In this document: positions 10,047 through 20,393 of the stretch, in pieces
Numbering within the stretch: the first letter of the stretch is position 1
Layout of the letters: each line of letters starts with the position of its first letter
Source of the DNA: Bacteroidota bacterium
Lineage (GTDB): Bacteria > Bacteroidota > Ignavibacteria > UBA10030 > UBA8401
Assembly (NCBI GenBank): GCA_040751955.1
Contig: JBFMFY010000013.1
Location: forward strand, 548 to 64,547
DNA length: 64,000 nucleotides
Reading direction: 5' to 3'
Program-made: the position numbers and the translations under genes
Notes under the pieces: generated by a model
The model's database searches: none
What the model saw: the letters and a program-made list of their open reading frames with translations, nothing else
What the model was told of the DNA's origin: nothing

Positions 10047-11894
10047 ATGTCCATATTGTTCCGTTCTGTCCGTTCATTGTGCGCGGCGGTCGTCATGATC
10101 GCTGCTACGCTTCATTCTCAGCAACCGGTGAATGATGTCCATTCTTTCGCCAATCCAAACGAGGTCACCATTACCCACATAGACCTTAACCTTTCGGTCA
10201 ATTTCGATTCAAAAACATTGTCCGGAAAAGCGACGTTGACCATCGACAACAAAAAGAAGACAAAGAAATTGCTGCTCGACACACGCGACCTGACAATTGA
10301 GAAAGTAACTCTCGACGAGAAAGAAACGCCGGCACAATTCTCCCTCGGCGATGAAGTAAAATTCCTCGGCAAACCATTAACAATTACGATCACACCAAAG
10401 ACAAAAAAAGTTCATGTCTATTATTCCACGTCTCCCAACGCCGGAGCGCTGCAATGGCTGGAGCCGTCACAAACGTCGGGAAAACAAAAGCCGTTTCTCT
10501 TTACACAGTCACAAGCGATCCTTGCACGAACGTGGGTTCCGTGCATGGATGGTCCCGGAGTTCGATTCACGTACTCCGCAACGATCCGCACCCGACCTGA
10601 TCTTGTTGCCGTGATGAGCGCGGCAGGAAATTCCGGAACGAAAGCGGCAGATGGCATTTACAAATTTGAAATGAAGCAGCCAGTACCTTCGTACTTGTTG
10701 GCACTCGGCGTTGGTGATCTTGAATTCCGTCCGCTCGGGCATCGCGGCGGAGTGTATGCAGAACCTGCTGTCGTCGAAAAAGCGGCGTATGAATTTGCCG
10801 ATCTTGAAAAGATGATCTCTGCCGCCGAAGAATTGTACGGACCGTACCGCTGGGAACGGTATGACCTGCTTGTGCTGCCGCCGAGCTTTCCGTTCGGCGG
10901 AATGGAAAATCCACGCCTGACCTTTGCAACGCCGACGGTGCTCGCAGGTGATCGCTCGCTTGTCGCACTTGTTGCTCATGAACTTGCACATTCGTGGTCC
11001 GGTAATCTGGTAACGAATGCAACGTGGGACGATTTCTGGCTGAATGAAGGATTCACCGTCTATTTCGAACAACGCATCATGGAAAAACTGTACGGCAGAG
11101 AATATTCCGAAATGCTCGCGACATTGGCGTTGAAAGATTTAAAAGAGACCATCGACGATCTCGGCGTAACAAGTCCCGATACGCATTTGAAACTCAATTT
11201 GAAGGGGCGAGATCCGGATGACGGGATGAACGATATTGCATACAACAAAGGATATTTTTTCCTCCGGCTGTGTGAAGAGACATTCGGTCGAAACGAGTGG
11301 GATACTTTCCTAAAAAAATATTTCAATGAAAATGCATTCAAACCGATGACAACCGAACTTTTCTTAAAGCATCTGAACTCCTATTTTAAAGACAAATCGA
11401 AAAAGGACCGTCTCACTATCAATGCGTGGGTCTATTCTCCGGGATTGCCAGCTAACTGCCCGCAGCCGCAGTCGGCGGAATTTGAAAAAGTATCGGCACA
11501 GATTGACGCATTGAAGAACGGAACTCCCGCCGTCAAACTACAGACTGATGGATGGACAACACATCACTGGCTGTTCTTCATCAGGAATCTTCCCGATACA
11601 TTGAAACTGGAAAGGCTGATCGAACTTGATTACGCATTTTATTTCACTCGCTCCGGCAATCAGGAAATTCTATGCGAGTGGTTCCAGCGCTGTATTAAGG
11701 CAAAATATGAAACAGCATACGGACCGATGCGCAATTACCTGATCAATGTCGGACGCAGGAAGTTGATCAAACCGATCTATGAAGCGCTTGCCAAAACCCC
11801 GGAAGGGAAAGCGTGGGCAAAAGAGGTCTATGCAAAAGCGCGCCCGGGATACCACTCTGTCAGTTACAACACTATTGATGACATCTTAAAGTAA
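10047..11894 (+). CDS. Secreted M1-family zinc aminopeptidase, leukotriene-A4 hydrolase-like.
   Basis: HEXXH zinc motif VAHELAHSWSGNLVT plus the downstream WLNEGF glutamate. The ORF opens at 9981; the Met at 10047 gives signal peptide MSILFRSVRSLCAAVVMIAA. Confidence 0.85.
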   Translation: MSILFRSVRSLCAAVVMIAATLHSQQPVNDVHSFANPNEVTITHIDLNLSVNFDSKTLSGKATLTIDNKKKTKKLLLDTRDLTIEKVTLDEKETPAQFSLGDEVKFLGKPLTITITPKTKKVHVYYSTSPNAGALQWLEPSQTSGKQKPFLFTQSQAILARTWVPCMDGPGVRFTYSATIRTRPDLVAVMSAAGNSGTKAADGIYKFEMKQPVPSYLLALGVGDLEFRPLGHRGGVYAEPAVVEKAAYEFADLEKMISAAEELYGPYRWERYDLLVLPPSFPFGGMENPRLTFATPTVLAGDRSLVALVAHELAHSWSGNLVTNATWDDFWLNEGFTVYFEQRIMEKLYGREYSEMLATLALKDLKETIDDLGVTSPDTHLKLNLKGRDPDDGMNDIAYNKGYFFLRLCEETFGRNEWDTFLKKYFNENAFKPMTTELFLKHLNSYFKDKSKKDRLTINAWVYSPGLPANCPQPQSAEFEKVSAQIDALKNGTPAVKLQTDGWTTHHWLFFIRNLPDTLKLERLIELDYAFYFTRSGNQEILCEWFQRCIKAKYETAYGPMRNYLINVGRRKLIKPIYEALAKTPEGKAWAKEVYAKARPGYHSVSYNTIDDILK

Positions 11895-11896
11895 AA

Positions 11897-11932
11897 ACGC
11901 CTCCCCTCCTCTTCCGGAGGAGGGGACTCAGG
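11897..11932 (+). terminator. GC-rich perfect hairpin just after the peptidase stop, with no U-tract.
   Basis: CCCCTCCTCttccGGAGGAGGGG is a 9-bp perfect stem. No T-run follows and the next ATG is at 11937. Confidence 0.35.
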
Positions 11933-11936
11933 GGAG

Positions 11937-13091
11937 GTGGTCCTGATGTATAAATATTTTATTTTCCTCTCGGTGTTGTTCTATTCCTGCTCCGACCAAT
12001 CAAAGCAGCCCGACTCAAAACCTCTTGTCGATTCACTGAACACATTGCCAAAAGATAAATGGATAGAACGCACATATCTGATCCAGAAAAAATTTTACGA
12101 AGTGTACACGGCAGGATGGGAAGGTGCAAACGGAGCAATCGGCGATGCGTATCTCTTTCGTACAACAAAGGACTCCTCCCTCCTCCGACGATACATGCAC
12201 CAGTTCGATTTGAAACAGATGTTCAACGGCACGTGGGTAGATGACCGTGCGTGGATTTGCCTTGCGGAATTATACTGGTGGGAATTTTCAGGAAAGAAAA
12301 ACCAACAATGGGTTGAGGATGCCCGACAGAGGTATATCAGTGCACGCAACGAAGGACGACTCTCCAACCATGAAGGATTCTGGAGTTGGTACAATTATCC
12401 GCCGCATTGGAAGATGAACGAACGGATCATCACCAACAGCAACATGAACCAGATGGTCGCGGTTGCCTGCCGGTTATTCGAAGCGACAGGTGACCGGAGA
12501 TTTCTTGATGATGCGTTGCTGGCATGGAACGGCGACATAAAGTTTCAGGGTATTGAAAGAACATTCTACAGAGGAAACGGCATCTGGCAAGGCGAAGGAG
12601 GATTGGCTGCATTCGGGAAACAACTGCCGTGGGAATCGGCAAGTTATCTTTCGGTACTCAATGCTCTTTATCGCGTAACCAAAGATGAAAAATATAAGAC
12701 GATGGTGGTTGCATCAACAAAGCATATTTTAGATCCGAAAAACAAATGGATTGATCCGAATGATTTTTATCAAATCCACATGGACGGTAACGGTGCGTTC
12801 GTTCATTTCCTGCTCGATGCATACGAGATTGCACCGAAAGAATTATCGGATGTTCCCGGAAAGATAGAAAAGATGCTCGACCATGTCTGGAGTAACAATC
12901 ATGGCAGTGCAACCGTGACGCTTCACAGAGAATATGATCACGCAATCAGAAACGGATGGAACCCGCACGGCGGTGAAGACGGGTACGGTGTTGATGAAGT
13001 GGGAACTGTTCATGCACAATCGCAGGCACTTAGAGCGTTTGGCGTGTTTGCATACTTCAACAATCTCACACAAAGGCAAAAAGAAAAGTGA
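11937..13091 (+). CDS. Lipoprotein, putative (alpha/alpha)6-barrel glycoside hydrolase, GH76-like alpha-1,6-mannanase family.
   Basis: Lipobox LFYSC. WVDDRAWICLAELYWW resembles the GH76 catalytic Asp-Asp, aromatic-rich motif. Family assignment is tentative. Confidence 0.45.
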   Translation: MVLMYKYFIFLSVLFYSCSDQSKQPDSKPLVDSLNTLPKDKWIERTYLIQKKFYEVYTAGWEGANGAIGDAYLFRTTKDSSLLRRYMHQFDLKQMFNGTWVDDRAWICLAELYWWEFSGKKNQQWVEDARQRYISARNEGRLSNHEGFWSWYNYPPHWKMNERIITNSNMNQMVAVACRLFEATGDRRFLDDALLAWNGDIKFQGIERTFYRGNGIWQGEGGLAAFGKQLPWESASYLSVLNALYRVTKDEKYKTMVVASTKHILDPKNKWIDPNDFYQIHMDGNGAFVHFLLDAYEIAPKELSDVPGKIEKMLDHVWSNNHGSATVTLHREYDHAIRNGWNPHGGEDGYGVDEVGTVHAQSQALRAFGVFAYFNNLTQRQKEK

Positions 13092-13096
13092 AAAAA

Positions 13097-14794
13097 TTAC
13101 TTCTGCAAAACCATTTTTTTCACACTCATATAATTTCCTGCTGTCAACCTATACAAATAAATCCCGCTCGGCAGCGCCGACGCATCGAACGATACCGTAT
13201 GCGTTCCCGCCTCTCTCTGTTCATTCACGAGCGTTGCCACTTCCCTTCCAAGCATGTCATACACTTTAAGTGTGACAGCAATCCCCCTTGACACTGTCGC
13301 GTCATTCCCCCTTTGTAAAGGGGGATTAAGGGGGATTTGAAATTGAATCGTTGTCGCCGGATTGAACGGGTTGGGAAAATTTTGATGCAATGCGAATCCC
13401 AAAGGAATGTTCCCCTCACTCCGCACAGACGTCACCACAAAGCCGGCGAGATGTACGATTGTTTGCCTTGCCGTCCCATCGGAATAATTGATCGTCATCG
13501 TTTCGGATGAATCGGGATCGTTCGTGATGGGTGCAAAATGAACATTGACCGTCCGATAACTGTTTGCACTGAGATAAGTGATCGTGTCGGTCAATGAAAA
13601 AGCAGGATGTGAAACTGCGATCGATGTGATACTGACATCCTTATTCCCGTTATTCGCAAGAACAAGTGTTCTGTCCGATGAGCCGACAAAATCAATCGTG
13701 CCGAATTCAACAGTACGCGGGGATGCGATGATAACCCCGGCAGAGGGTACCGTTGCCGTTCCTCCGAAATTATTGATCCGGTCAACAAACTCAGGATGAT
13801 CGACGAACGGATTTCTGTTTCCCTGATACTGTGCAATCCCGTTATTCCGGTTCTTCGATTTTTGAGTGGGTGGAAAATTCCTGTTCCATTCCCGGAAAGC
13901 CGATTCCGCATACGGGCTTTCGGTCCAGAAATTTCCGTGATTTGCATGACGGACGATAAAATAGAACATCGCTCGCGCGCAATCTCCTTTGTGCGCATCA
14001 CGTGGTTCAAAAACCGTTACACCACCGTAACCTATCCCCAATTTCGAACCACCGACACTCCACGAGACATTCGAGACTACTTTGCCGAAGGCGTAATTGC
14101 TCCGGGTGCTGTTGGCAACCTCGTCGGATGAAAAAAGATGGTGAATATCGGACTGCATCGGATCAACACTCCCGAATTTGCTCTGCGGCCATGTGTGTTC
14201 CGCGTTAAAGTTGTTCGTCGTCGCACCGGCACGCGTGTTAAATTTCGCTTTTCGTCCTGTATAAATGCACTCTACTGAATCAATGCCGTTGTTGCTGTCG
14301 ATATTGCCGTACATCCGGTCGCGTGCAGTCGTGTACCCCAGCGTGGTATGCCCCTGCTGTGCGATCGTTTTCAAAACAGTCTTGAGTGATTCTCCCGATA
14401 ATCCCTGTGTACTTTTATAGAGCGTTTCGGGGTATTTTTTGGTTCCGGAAAGAGGAACAACGACAGTACCTGATGTGAGGTTTGTCTCGACAAAAGCAAA
14501 ATCATAGTACGTAAGATTGTGAGGAGATGAAAAATAGATCCACGTCATCGCACTGTCACCGGATCCGATAAGGAAAGCGGTGTCCTTTACAGTAAATGAT
14601 TCGCCAAAGATGTTGATATCGGTGATCTTGACATGCGACGGGGATGTGTTGACAATCCAGAGAGCGGTGCTGTCTTTCACTCCGGCAAGTGTTGTGTCGA
14701 ATTGTACCGATGCAGGATTCATACTGATCGATTGTGCAGCAGCCGAATGACAAACCAACAATATTGCAATACCTATATATGAGAGGCTCTTCAT
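13097..14794 (-). CDS. Extracellular endonuclease I family nuclease with a C-terminal T9SS (Por) sorting domain.
   Basis: Signal peptide. Endonuclease-I motifs NAEHTWPQS and GNRNPFVDHPEF. C-terminal LHQNFPNPFNP...TLKVYDMLGREVATLVNE...GIYLYRLTAGNYMSVKKMVLQK is a T9SS CTD. Confidence 0.8.
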   Translation of the reverse strand: MKSLSYIGIAILLVCHSAAAQSISMNPASVQFDTTLAGVKDSTALWIVNTSPSHVKITDINIFGESFTVKDTAFLIGSGDSAMTWIYFSSPHNLTYYDFAFVETNLTSGTVVVPLSGTKKYPETLYKSTQGLSGESLKTVLKTIAQQGHTTLGYTTARDRMYGNIDSNNGIDSVECIYTGRKAKFNTRAGATTNNFNAEHTWPQSKFGSVDPMQSDIHHLFSSDEVANSTRSNYAFGKVVSNVSWSVGGSKLGIGYGGVTVFEPRDAHKGDCARAMFYFIVRHANHGNFWTESPYAESAFREWNRNFPPTQKSKNRNNGIAQYQGNRNPFVDHPEFVDRINNFGGTATVPSAGVIIASPRTVEFGTIDFVGSSDRTLVLANNGNKDVSITSIAVSHPAFSLTDTITYLSANSYRTVNVHFAPITNDPDSSETMTINYSDGTARQTIVHLAGFVVTSVRSEGNIPLGFALHQNFPNPFNPATTIQFQIPLNPPLQRGNDATVSRGIAVTLKVYDMLGREVATLVNEQREAGTHTVSFDASALPSGIYLYRLTAGNYMSVKKMVLQK

Positions 14795-16374
14795 TGTGTC
14801 GGCTCTCCATTGTTGAAAATTGGTAGAGGATTTTTAATGACAGTCAGAGTTAATTGACTTTCATTTCCCACCCGATCAACGGCAGAGACCGCTACGGCAT
14901 TCAATGTCTCCACTGTTTCAGTCGCACTCACTTCCCCGTTCCTGCGTCTCGATTCCGATTTCACAACGCGCGACACTGGAAGGCTCAAAGTAGAATCGGT
15001 TTTTGTAAGAATCGAATAGTTCCACGTCTCGTTGTACCGGTAATATACGACTGACCGAAACACATCGGCGGCATTCGGATGCGTCCAGGAAATTGCAGCG
15101 GTGTCGTTCAGAACAGACTGAGTCATGACCGGTGATAACGGCGCTTCGTTGTCAAGCCACGGAGATGAAGGAACAAGCGCCTGTTTCTGATATGGACCGT
15201 TCCTCAATACGCCGTTCAGCACGCTGCTGTCGCGTTGGAATGCTTTCATGCTGAAGTGAATATGTCCGGGACCGTCCGGCACAAAGCCGCGCGTAATCAT
15301 AATCTGGTTGAAGATCTCATCTGCCGCCGCTTCATCGCGCGACCGGCTGATAATCATGCCGGGCCAAAGATTGCGCTGCATCGTATTCTCTTTCACCCAC
15401 CACCCGAGCAAAACGGGAAAACTTTGCGGGATCTGGTTGATACGCCAATAGAGTTGAGGTGTCCAGTAATCGACCCACCCTTTATTCAACCACAATTTTG
15501 CGTCAGCATACAATCTGTTGTACTGATCGAATCCGGAAATTGACGGGGGATTCTTCGGACGCCAGATACCGAACGGACTCAATCCGAATTTCACATGTCT
15601 CTTTTCCGCTTTGATTCCTTTGTACACCCGTTCGATAAATCTGTTCACATGCGAACGGCGCCAATCTTCGCGCGATGTAGTACTGTCTTTCTTCCTGAAT
15701 TCAGTCCATGTCTCATCATCAGGAAAATTCCCATCGCCGTACGGATAGAAATAATCATCGAAATGTATCCCGTCCACATCGTACCGTTTCACTACATCCA
15801 TCACCACGTTGTAGGAAATATCCTGCACTTCTTGTTTGGAAGGATCGAGCCAGTACATCCCGTCGCTGATTTTCTTAGCAAGATCAGGACGCTTTTTGAC
15901 AATGGAAGAATCTGTCGGTTCGTTGTTTCTTGAAAGATGCGCACGGTACGGATTGAACCATGCATGTAATTCAATTCCGCGCTTGTGGGATTCATTGATC
16001 CAAAATTCCAGAGGGTCATAATATGGTTCCGGTGCTTTCCCCTGTTCACCTGTTAAATAAAACGACCATGGCTCATAGGAGCTTGCATACATCGCATCGC
16101 AATGCGGACGGACTTGAAAGACGACTGCATTCAGGTTCAATGCAACGACTGTATCGAGAATTGTGAGTGCTTCGCGCTGCTGCTCTTCCGTTGTCAATCC
16201 CGGTTTACTCGGCCAATCGATATTGCCGACTGTTGCAACCCACACACCGCGGAATTCGTGCTCAGCGCGAGGCAGCGAATCTTGTAGAATCGGATCCGAA
16301 ACAATCTGTTTCGTGCCGCCGCATCCGAAGAAAGCGACCACTAAAAGAGAGAACAAAATCAATGGCATTTTCAT
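14791..16374 (-). CDS. Glycoside hydrolase-like family 10 (GHL10, former DUF187) lipoprotein with a C-terminal Ig/Fn3-like domain.
   Basis: Lipobox FFGCGG. FRGVWVATVGNIDWPS...ELHAWFNPY is typical of PF02638. ATGA overlap with the nuclease gene. Confidence 0.7.
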   Translation of the reverse strand: MKMPLILFSLLVVAFFGCGGTKQIVSDPILQDSLPRAEHEFRGVWVATVGNIDWPSKPGLTTEEQQREALTILDTVVALNLNAVVFQVRPHCDAMYASSYEPWSFYLTGEQGKAPEPYYDPLEFWINESHKRGIELHAWFNPYRAHLSRNNEPTDSSIVKKRPDLAKKISDGMYWLDPSKQEVQDISYNVVMDVVKRYDVDGIHFDDYFYPYGDGNFPDDETWTEFRKKDSTTSREDWRRSHVNRFIERVYKGIKAEKRHVKFGLSPFGIWRPKNPPSISGFDQYNRLYADAKLWLNKGWVDYWTPQLYWRINQIPQSFPVLLGWWVKENTMQRNLWPGMIISRSRDEAAADEIFNQIMITRGFVPDGPGHIHFSMKAFQRDSSVLNGVLRNGPYQKQALVPSSPWLDNEAPLSPVMTQSVLNDTAAISWTHPNAADVFRSVVYYRYNETWNYSILTKTDSTLSLPVSRVVKSESRRRNGEVSATETVETLNAVAVSAVDRVGNESQLTLTVIKNPLPIFNNGEPTQ

Positions 16375-16472
16375 AATAAAAATTAACCTTTATCTTAATC
16401 AAAGTTTCATTACTTTCGTCAACAATTTACTTCATAGTTTATCCAATTCAAAAACATTTTACAGGAGGAATT

Positions 16473-19148
16473 ATGAGAGTGCTTTCAATCGTGGTATTCA
16501 TAACAATAGTGACTGGAATTATGAACGCACAAATGCCACCAATACTCGACAGAGAACTTTTCTTTGGCGATCCGGAAATTTCCAACGCGCAAATTTCGCC
16601 GGATGGAAAATGGATTTCGTTCGTCAAACCGTACAACGGTATTCGCAACATCTGGGTGAAAAAAACGGAAGAACCGTTTGAAAATGCAAAACCGATTACG
16701 AACGATACCAAGCGTCCGGTCTCCAGTTACTTCTGGTCACGCGGCGGAAAATACGTTTTGTTCGTGCAAGATAAAGGAGGAGATGAAAACTTCCGCGTGT
16801 ATGCCGTGAATCCCCTTGAGTCCGGCGATCCTGTTCCGCCGGCGCGCGATCTGACACCGTTGGAAAAAATACGCGCCTATATTTACGATGTACCGAAGAA
16901 AACTCCCAACGAAATCATCATCGGTTTGAATGACCGTAAAGCCGAACTGCACGATGTGTACCGGTTAAACATTGAATCAGGCGAACGCACTCTTCTCCGC
17001 AAGAATGATGAGAATGTTGCCGGGTGGGATATTGATCCGGACGGCAATGTGCGGCTTGGCATCCGTCAAACACATGATGGAGGTACTGAACTTCTGCTTG
17101 TTGACGGCGCTAACTTAAAACAAATCTACTCGACAACACCGGAAGAAAATTTCGGCACGCTCCGTTTTACTCCCGATGGAAAGAGCGTGTACATCACAAC
17201 AAACAAAGGAAATGTTGACAAGCAGCAGTTTGAACTGCTCGATCTGACCACGTTCAAAACAAAAGTGATTGAGAAAGATCCGTTGGATGAGGTTGATTTT
17301 GCCGGACCGATCTTCTCGGACAAAACGGAAAAACTTCTCGCAACAATGTATCTCGGCGACAAGATGCGCATCTATTTTAAGGATAAGCAGTTCGAAAAAG
17401 ATTACAAGCAGATGCAAAAGACAATGCCGAAAGGCGAAGTTTCTATTGCAAACATGACTGAAGATGAAACTGTCTGGATGGTGACGGTATCGAGTGATGT
17501 CGATCCCGGTTCCCGTTATTTGTATAACACGAAAACAGGAAAAGCAACTCTCGTGTACAAAGCACGGCCAAACCTTCCGAGCGAGCATCTTGCCCCAATG
17601 AAACCTCTCCGTTACAAAGCGCGCGACGGCATGATGATTCCCGCATATCTTACTCTTCCTAAAGGGGTTCCTGCAAAGAATCTGCCTGTCGTGATGTGGA
17701 TCCATGGCGGACCGTGGGGACGCGATGTGTGGGGATACAATCCGTACGCACAATTCCTGGCGAACAGAGGATACGCGGTGTTCCAACCGAACTTCCGCGC
17801 CTCAACGGGATATGGAAAGAAATTTTTGAACGCAGGCAACAAGCAATGGGGTACCGGCGCAATGCAGCATGACATCACCGACGGCGTGAATTATCTTATT
17901 AAAGAAGGGATCGCTGATCCGAAAAAAATCGGAATCGGCGGCGGTTCGTACGGCGGGTATGCAACGCTGGCGGGTCTTGCATTCACTCCGGATTTATATG
18001 CTGCAGGATTTGACATTGTTGGTCCATCAAATATCATCACACTGCTCAACTCAATTCCTCCCTACTGGGCACCGATGAAAAAAATGTTTGCTGTGCGAGT
18101 CGGCGATATGGAAAACCCGGAAGAGAAAAAAATGTTGGAAGAGCAGTCGCCACTGAATTCTGCAAAACATATCAAAGCACCGCTGTACGTAGTGCAAGGC
18201 GCAAACGATCCGCGCGTGAAAAAAGCGGAGGCGGATCAGATTGTTGTTGCAATGCGCGATCTGGGCAGAAAGGTGGAATACATGGTCGCGCCGGATGAAG
18301 GACACGGATTCCAGGGGCGCGAAAACAGATTGGCAATGATTGTTGCGATGGAAAAATTCTTTGCCAAACACCTCGGCGGGCGTGTACAGCAAGAAGTTCC
18401 GGATGATATTCAGAAAAAACTGAATGAGATCACCGTCGATATTACCACCGTGAAGTTGCCGGAAAAACCGTCACCTATCGCAACGCCGATAAACGTGCCG
18501 GTCTTCAATCCCGCGCTTATTAAAGAAGGAAAGACGGAATACGATATGAAGATGAATATGCGTGGACAGCAAATGTCGATGCTTTTCTCACGCTCGATCA
18601 TGAAAACAAAACTCGGCGAGAAGGATGTTGTGCGCATCATTGAATCAACCAGCGGCGCAATGGGAAGCGGCGTTGATACGGTCGATTATGATGCTGTTAC
18701 ATTACTCCCAATTCGCCAGCAAGTGCAGCAGGGACCGGCGAGTATCTCGTTCACATTCACCGACAAATCGATCACCGGCACAATGGTAGCCGGGGGACAG
18801 ACGATGCCTATCAATGCAACATTGGATGGACCGACACTGCCAAGTTCATCGTCTGCCGGAGCCATCCTGGCAACACTCCCGTTTGCCGAAGGGTATCAAA
18901 CATCGTACTCCACGTTTGATATGATGTCCGCTTCCACAAAGAAGGTTACTTTGAAAGTGCTTGGAAAAGAAAAGGTTACCATTGCAAAAGGATCGTTCGA
19001 TGCATTCAAAATCGAAATCGTGCACGGTGAACAAGACGGGATAAAATCCATCTATTGGGTCAGTATTGCTGACCGCACGATGCTAAAAAGCGAAGCGACG
19101 ATGCCTGCCGCAATGGGAGGCGGAACAATGACGAGTGAGTTGAAGTAA
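16473..19148 (+). CDS. S9 prolyl oligopeptidase-family serine peptidase: beta-propeller, alpha/beta hydrolase and an extra C-terminal domain of about 270 aa.
   Basis: Signal peptide. Nucleophile motif [13 protein letters not shown], downstream Asp/His ([16 protein letters not shown]). Strong AGGAGG RBS upstream. Confidence 0.85.
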   Translation: MRVLSIVVFITIVTGIMNAQMPPILDRELFFGDPEISNAQISPDGKWISFVKPYNGIRNIWVKKTEEPFENAKPITNDTKRPVSSYFWSRGGKYVLFVQDKGGDENFRVYAVNPLESGDPVPPARDLTPLEKIRAYIYDVPKKTPNEIIIGLNDRKAELHDVYRLNIESGERTLLRKNDENVAGWDIDPDGNVRLGIRQTHDGGTELLLVDGANLKQIYSTTPEENFGTLRFTPDGKSVYITTNKGNVDKQQFELLDLTTFKTKVIEKDPLDEVDFAGPIFSDKTEKLLATMYLGDKMRIYFKDKQFEKDYKQMQKTMPKGEVSIANMTEDETVWMVTVSSDVDPGSRYLYNTKTGKATLVYKARPNLPSEHLAPMKPLRYKARDGMMIPAYLTLPKGVPAKNLPVVMWIHGGPWGRDVWGYNPYAQFLANRGYAVFQPNFRASTGYGKKFLNAGNKQWGTGAMQHDITDGVNYLIKEGIADPKKIGIGGGSYGGYATLAGLAFTPDLYAAGFDIVGPSNIITLLNSIPPYWAPMKKMFAVRVGDMENPEEKKMLEEQSPLNSAKHIKAPLYVVQGANDPRVKKAEADQIVVAMRDLGRKVEYMVAPDEGHGFQGRENRLAMIVAMEKFFAKHLGGRVQQEVPDDIQKKLNEITVDITTVKLPEKPSPIATPINVPVFNPALIKEGKTEYDMKMNMRGQQMSMLFSRSIMKTKLGEKDVVRIIESTSGAMGSGVDTVDYDAVTLLPIRQQVQQGPASISFTFTDKSITGTMVAGGQTMPINATLDGPTLPSSSSAGAILATLPFAEGYQTSYSTFDMMSASTKKVTLKVLGKEKVTIAKGSFDAFKIEIVHGEQDGIKSIYWVSIADRTMLKSEATMPAAMGGGTMTSELK

Positions 19149-19187
19149 ATACAATCCAAAAAAAATCTTCAGAATACTATAGGGATT

Positions 19188-19214
19188 CGGGGCGCTTTAC
19201 CGCGCCCCTTTTTA
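19188..19214 (+). terminator. Rho-independent terminator.
   Basis: GGGGCGCtttaccGCGCCCC followed by TTTTT. Confidence 0.7.
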
Positions 19215-19339
19215 TTGAGACATATTTTTTTTCTGCTTTTAGAAAAATTATTTGAAAATCTAACGGAACATTTTTTAAATTCATTCCGTCAAAATTCACG
19301 AAAAATTCTTTTTCTCACTATCAACCGATCTTTATTTGT

Positions 19340-20293
19340 ATGTCAATTACAGTAAACAATCTTACAAAATACTACGGCAGCGAAAAAGCCGTCAATGATA
19401 TTTCATTCTCCGTTCACAAAGGAGAAATTCTCGGCTTCCTCGGTCCGAATGGCGCAGGAAAAACCACAACGATGAAGATCATTACCTGCTATCTCCCCCC
19501 TTCCTCCGGATCGGTGGAAGTGGACGGACTGTCGGTGGAAAAAGAATCTCTGCGTGTGCGCCGCAAGATCGGTTATCTTCCTGAATTAAATCCGTTGTAT
19601 TTAGATATGAATGTAGTTGACTACCTCGAATATTGCGCTCGTCTGCACAACATTCAAAATACTACGATGAAGAGCCGCCTGCGCGAAATGATTGATGTCT
19701 GCGGATTGACAACCGTGCGGCACAAAGATATAGGCGAGCTTTCGAAGGGATATAAGCAGCGTGTGGGGCTTGCGCAGGCGATGATTCACGATCCGGAAGT
19801 ATTAATCCTTGACGAACCGACAAGCGGACTCGATCCGAATCAGATAGTGGAAATTCGTAATCTCATCCGGCGGCTGGGGAAAGCAAAGACAGTGATCCTT
19901 TCAACGCACATACTTTCGGAAGTGCAGGCAACATGCGATCGCGTGGTGATCATCAACGAAGGAAGCATTGTCGCCAACGGCACGCCGGAAGAATTGCAGC
20001 AGCAATTTCAAGGAACCACAAAATACGCAGTAGAAGTAAAAGCAGCGGTAAACGATCCGATGAGCGATATTTTTCCGAAACTGAAGGCAATTGAACATAT
20101 CGACACGGTGATGTACGAAGGACAGGAGGGCGCAAATTACCGCTTCACACTGCAATCAACCCGCGGCATTGACGTGCGGGAACAGATTTTCCGGCAGTCC
20201 GTTGCGGAAAACTGGGTGCTGATGGAATTATCCAAACAGACGATCAGTCTGGAAGATGTTTTCCGTAAATTGACGCAGGCGCAAAACAATTAA
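19340..20293 (+). CDS. gldA: ABC transporter ATP-binding protein, GldA-like.
   Basis: Walker A GPNGAGKTT, ABC signature LSKGYKQRVGLA, Walker B LILDEPTSGLD. First gene of an ATPase, ABC-2 permease, GldG-like cluster. Confidence 0.75.
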   Translation: MSITVNNLTKYYGSEKAVNDISFSVHKGEILGFLGPNGAGKTTTMKIITCYLPPSSGSVEVDGLSVEKESLRVRRKIGYLPELNPLYLDMNVVDYLEYCARLHNIQNTTMKSRLREMIDVCGLTTVRHKDIGELSKGYKQRVGLAQAMIHDPEVLILDEPTSGLDPNQIVEIRNLIRRLGKAKTVILSTHILSEVQATCDRVVIINEGSIVANGTPEELQQQFQGTTKYAVEVKAAVNDPMSDIFPKLKAIEHIDTVMYEGQEGANYRFTLQSTRGIDVREQIFRQSVAENWVLMELSKQTISLEDVFRKLTQAQNN

Positions 20294-20393
20294 TAATCGT
20301 CATGTTCGAATGTATCAATCGGGTATCCTTCGATAGATTCCCGCCAAAAGCATGCGGGTATGACGAGGTAAATAATAAAAAATCGCAATCATT

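Noticed and set aside
10509-11072. 187-aa antisense ORF, and a similar one at 10567-11022, inside the M1 aminopeptidase gene
   Set aside because: It lies wholly within and antisense to a well-supported gene with HEXXH-E motifs. It is Arg-rich and low complexity, as is typical of a shadow ORF.
17115-17786. 223-aa antisense ORF inside the S9 peptidase gene
   Set aside because: It is a shadow ORF opposite a coding region with strong catalytic motifs. Its composition is Cys, His and Arg-rich and there is no start context.
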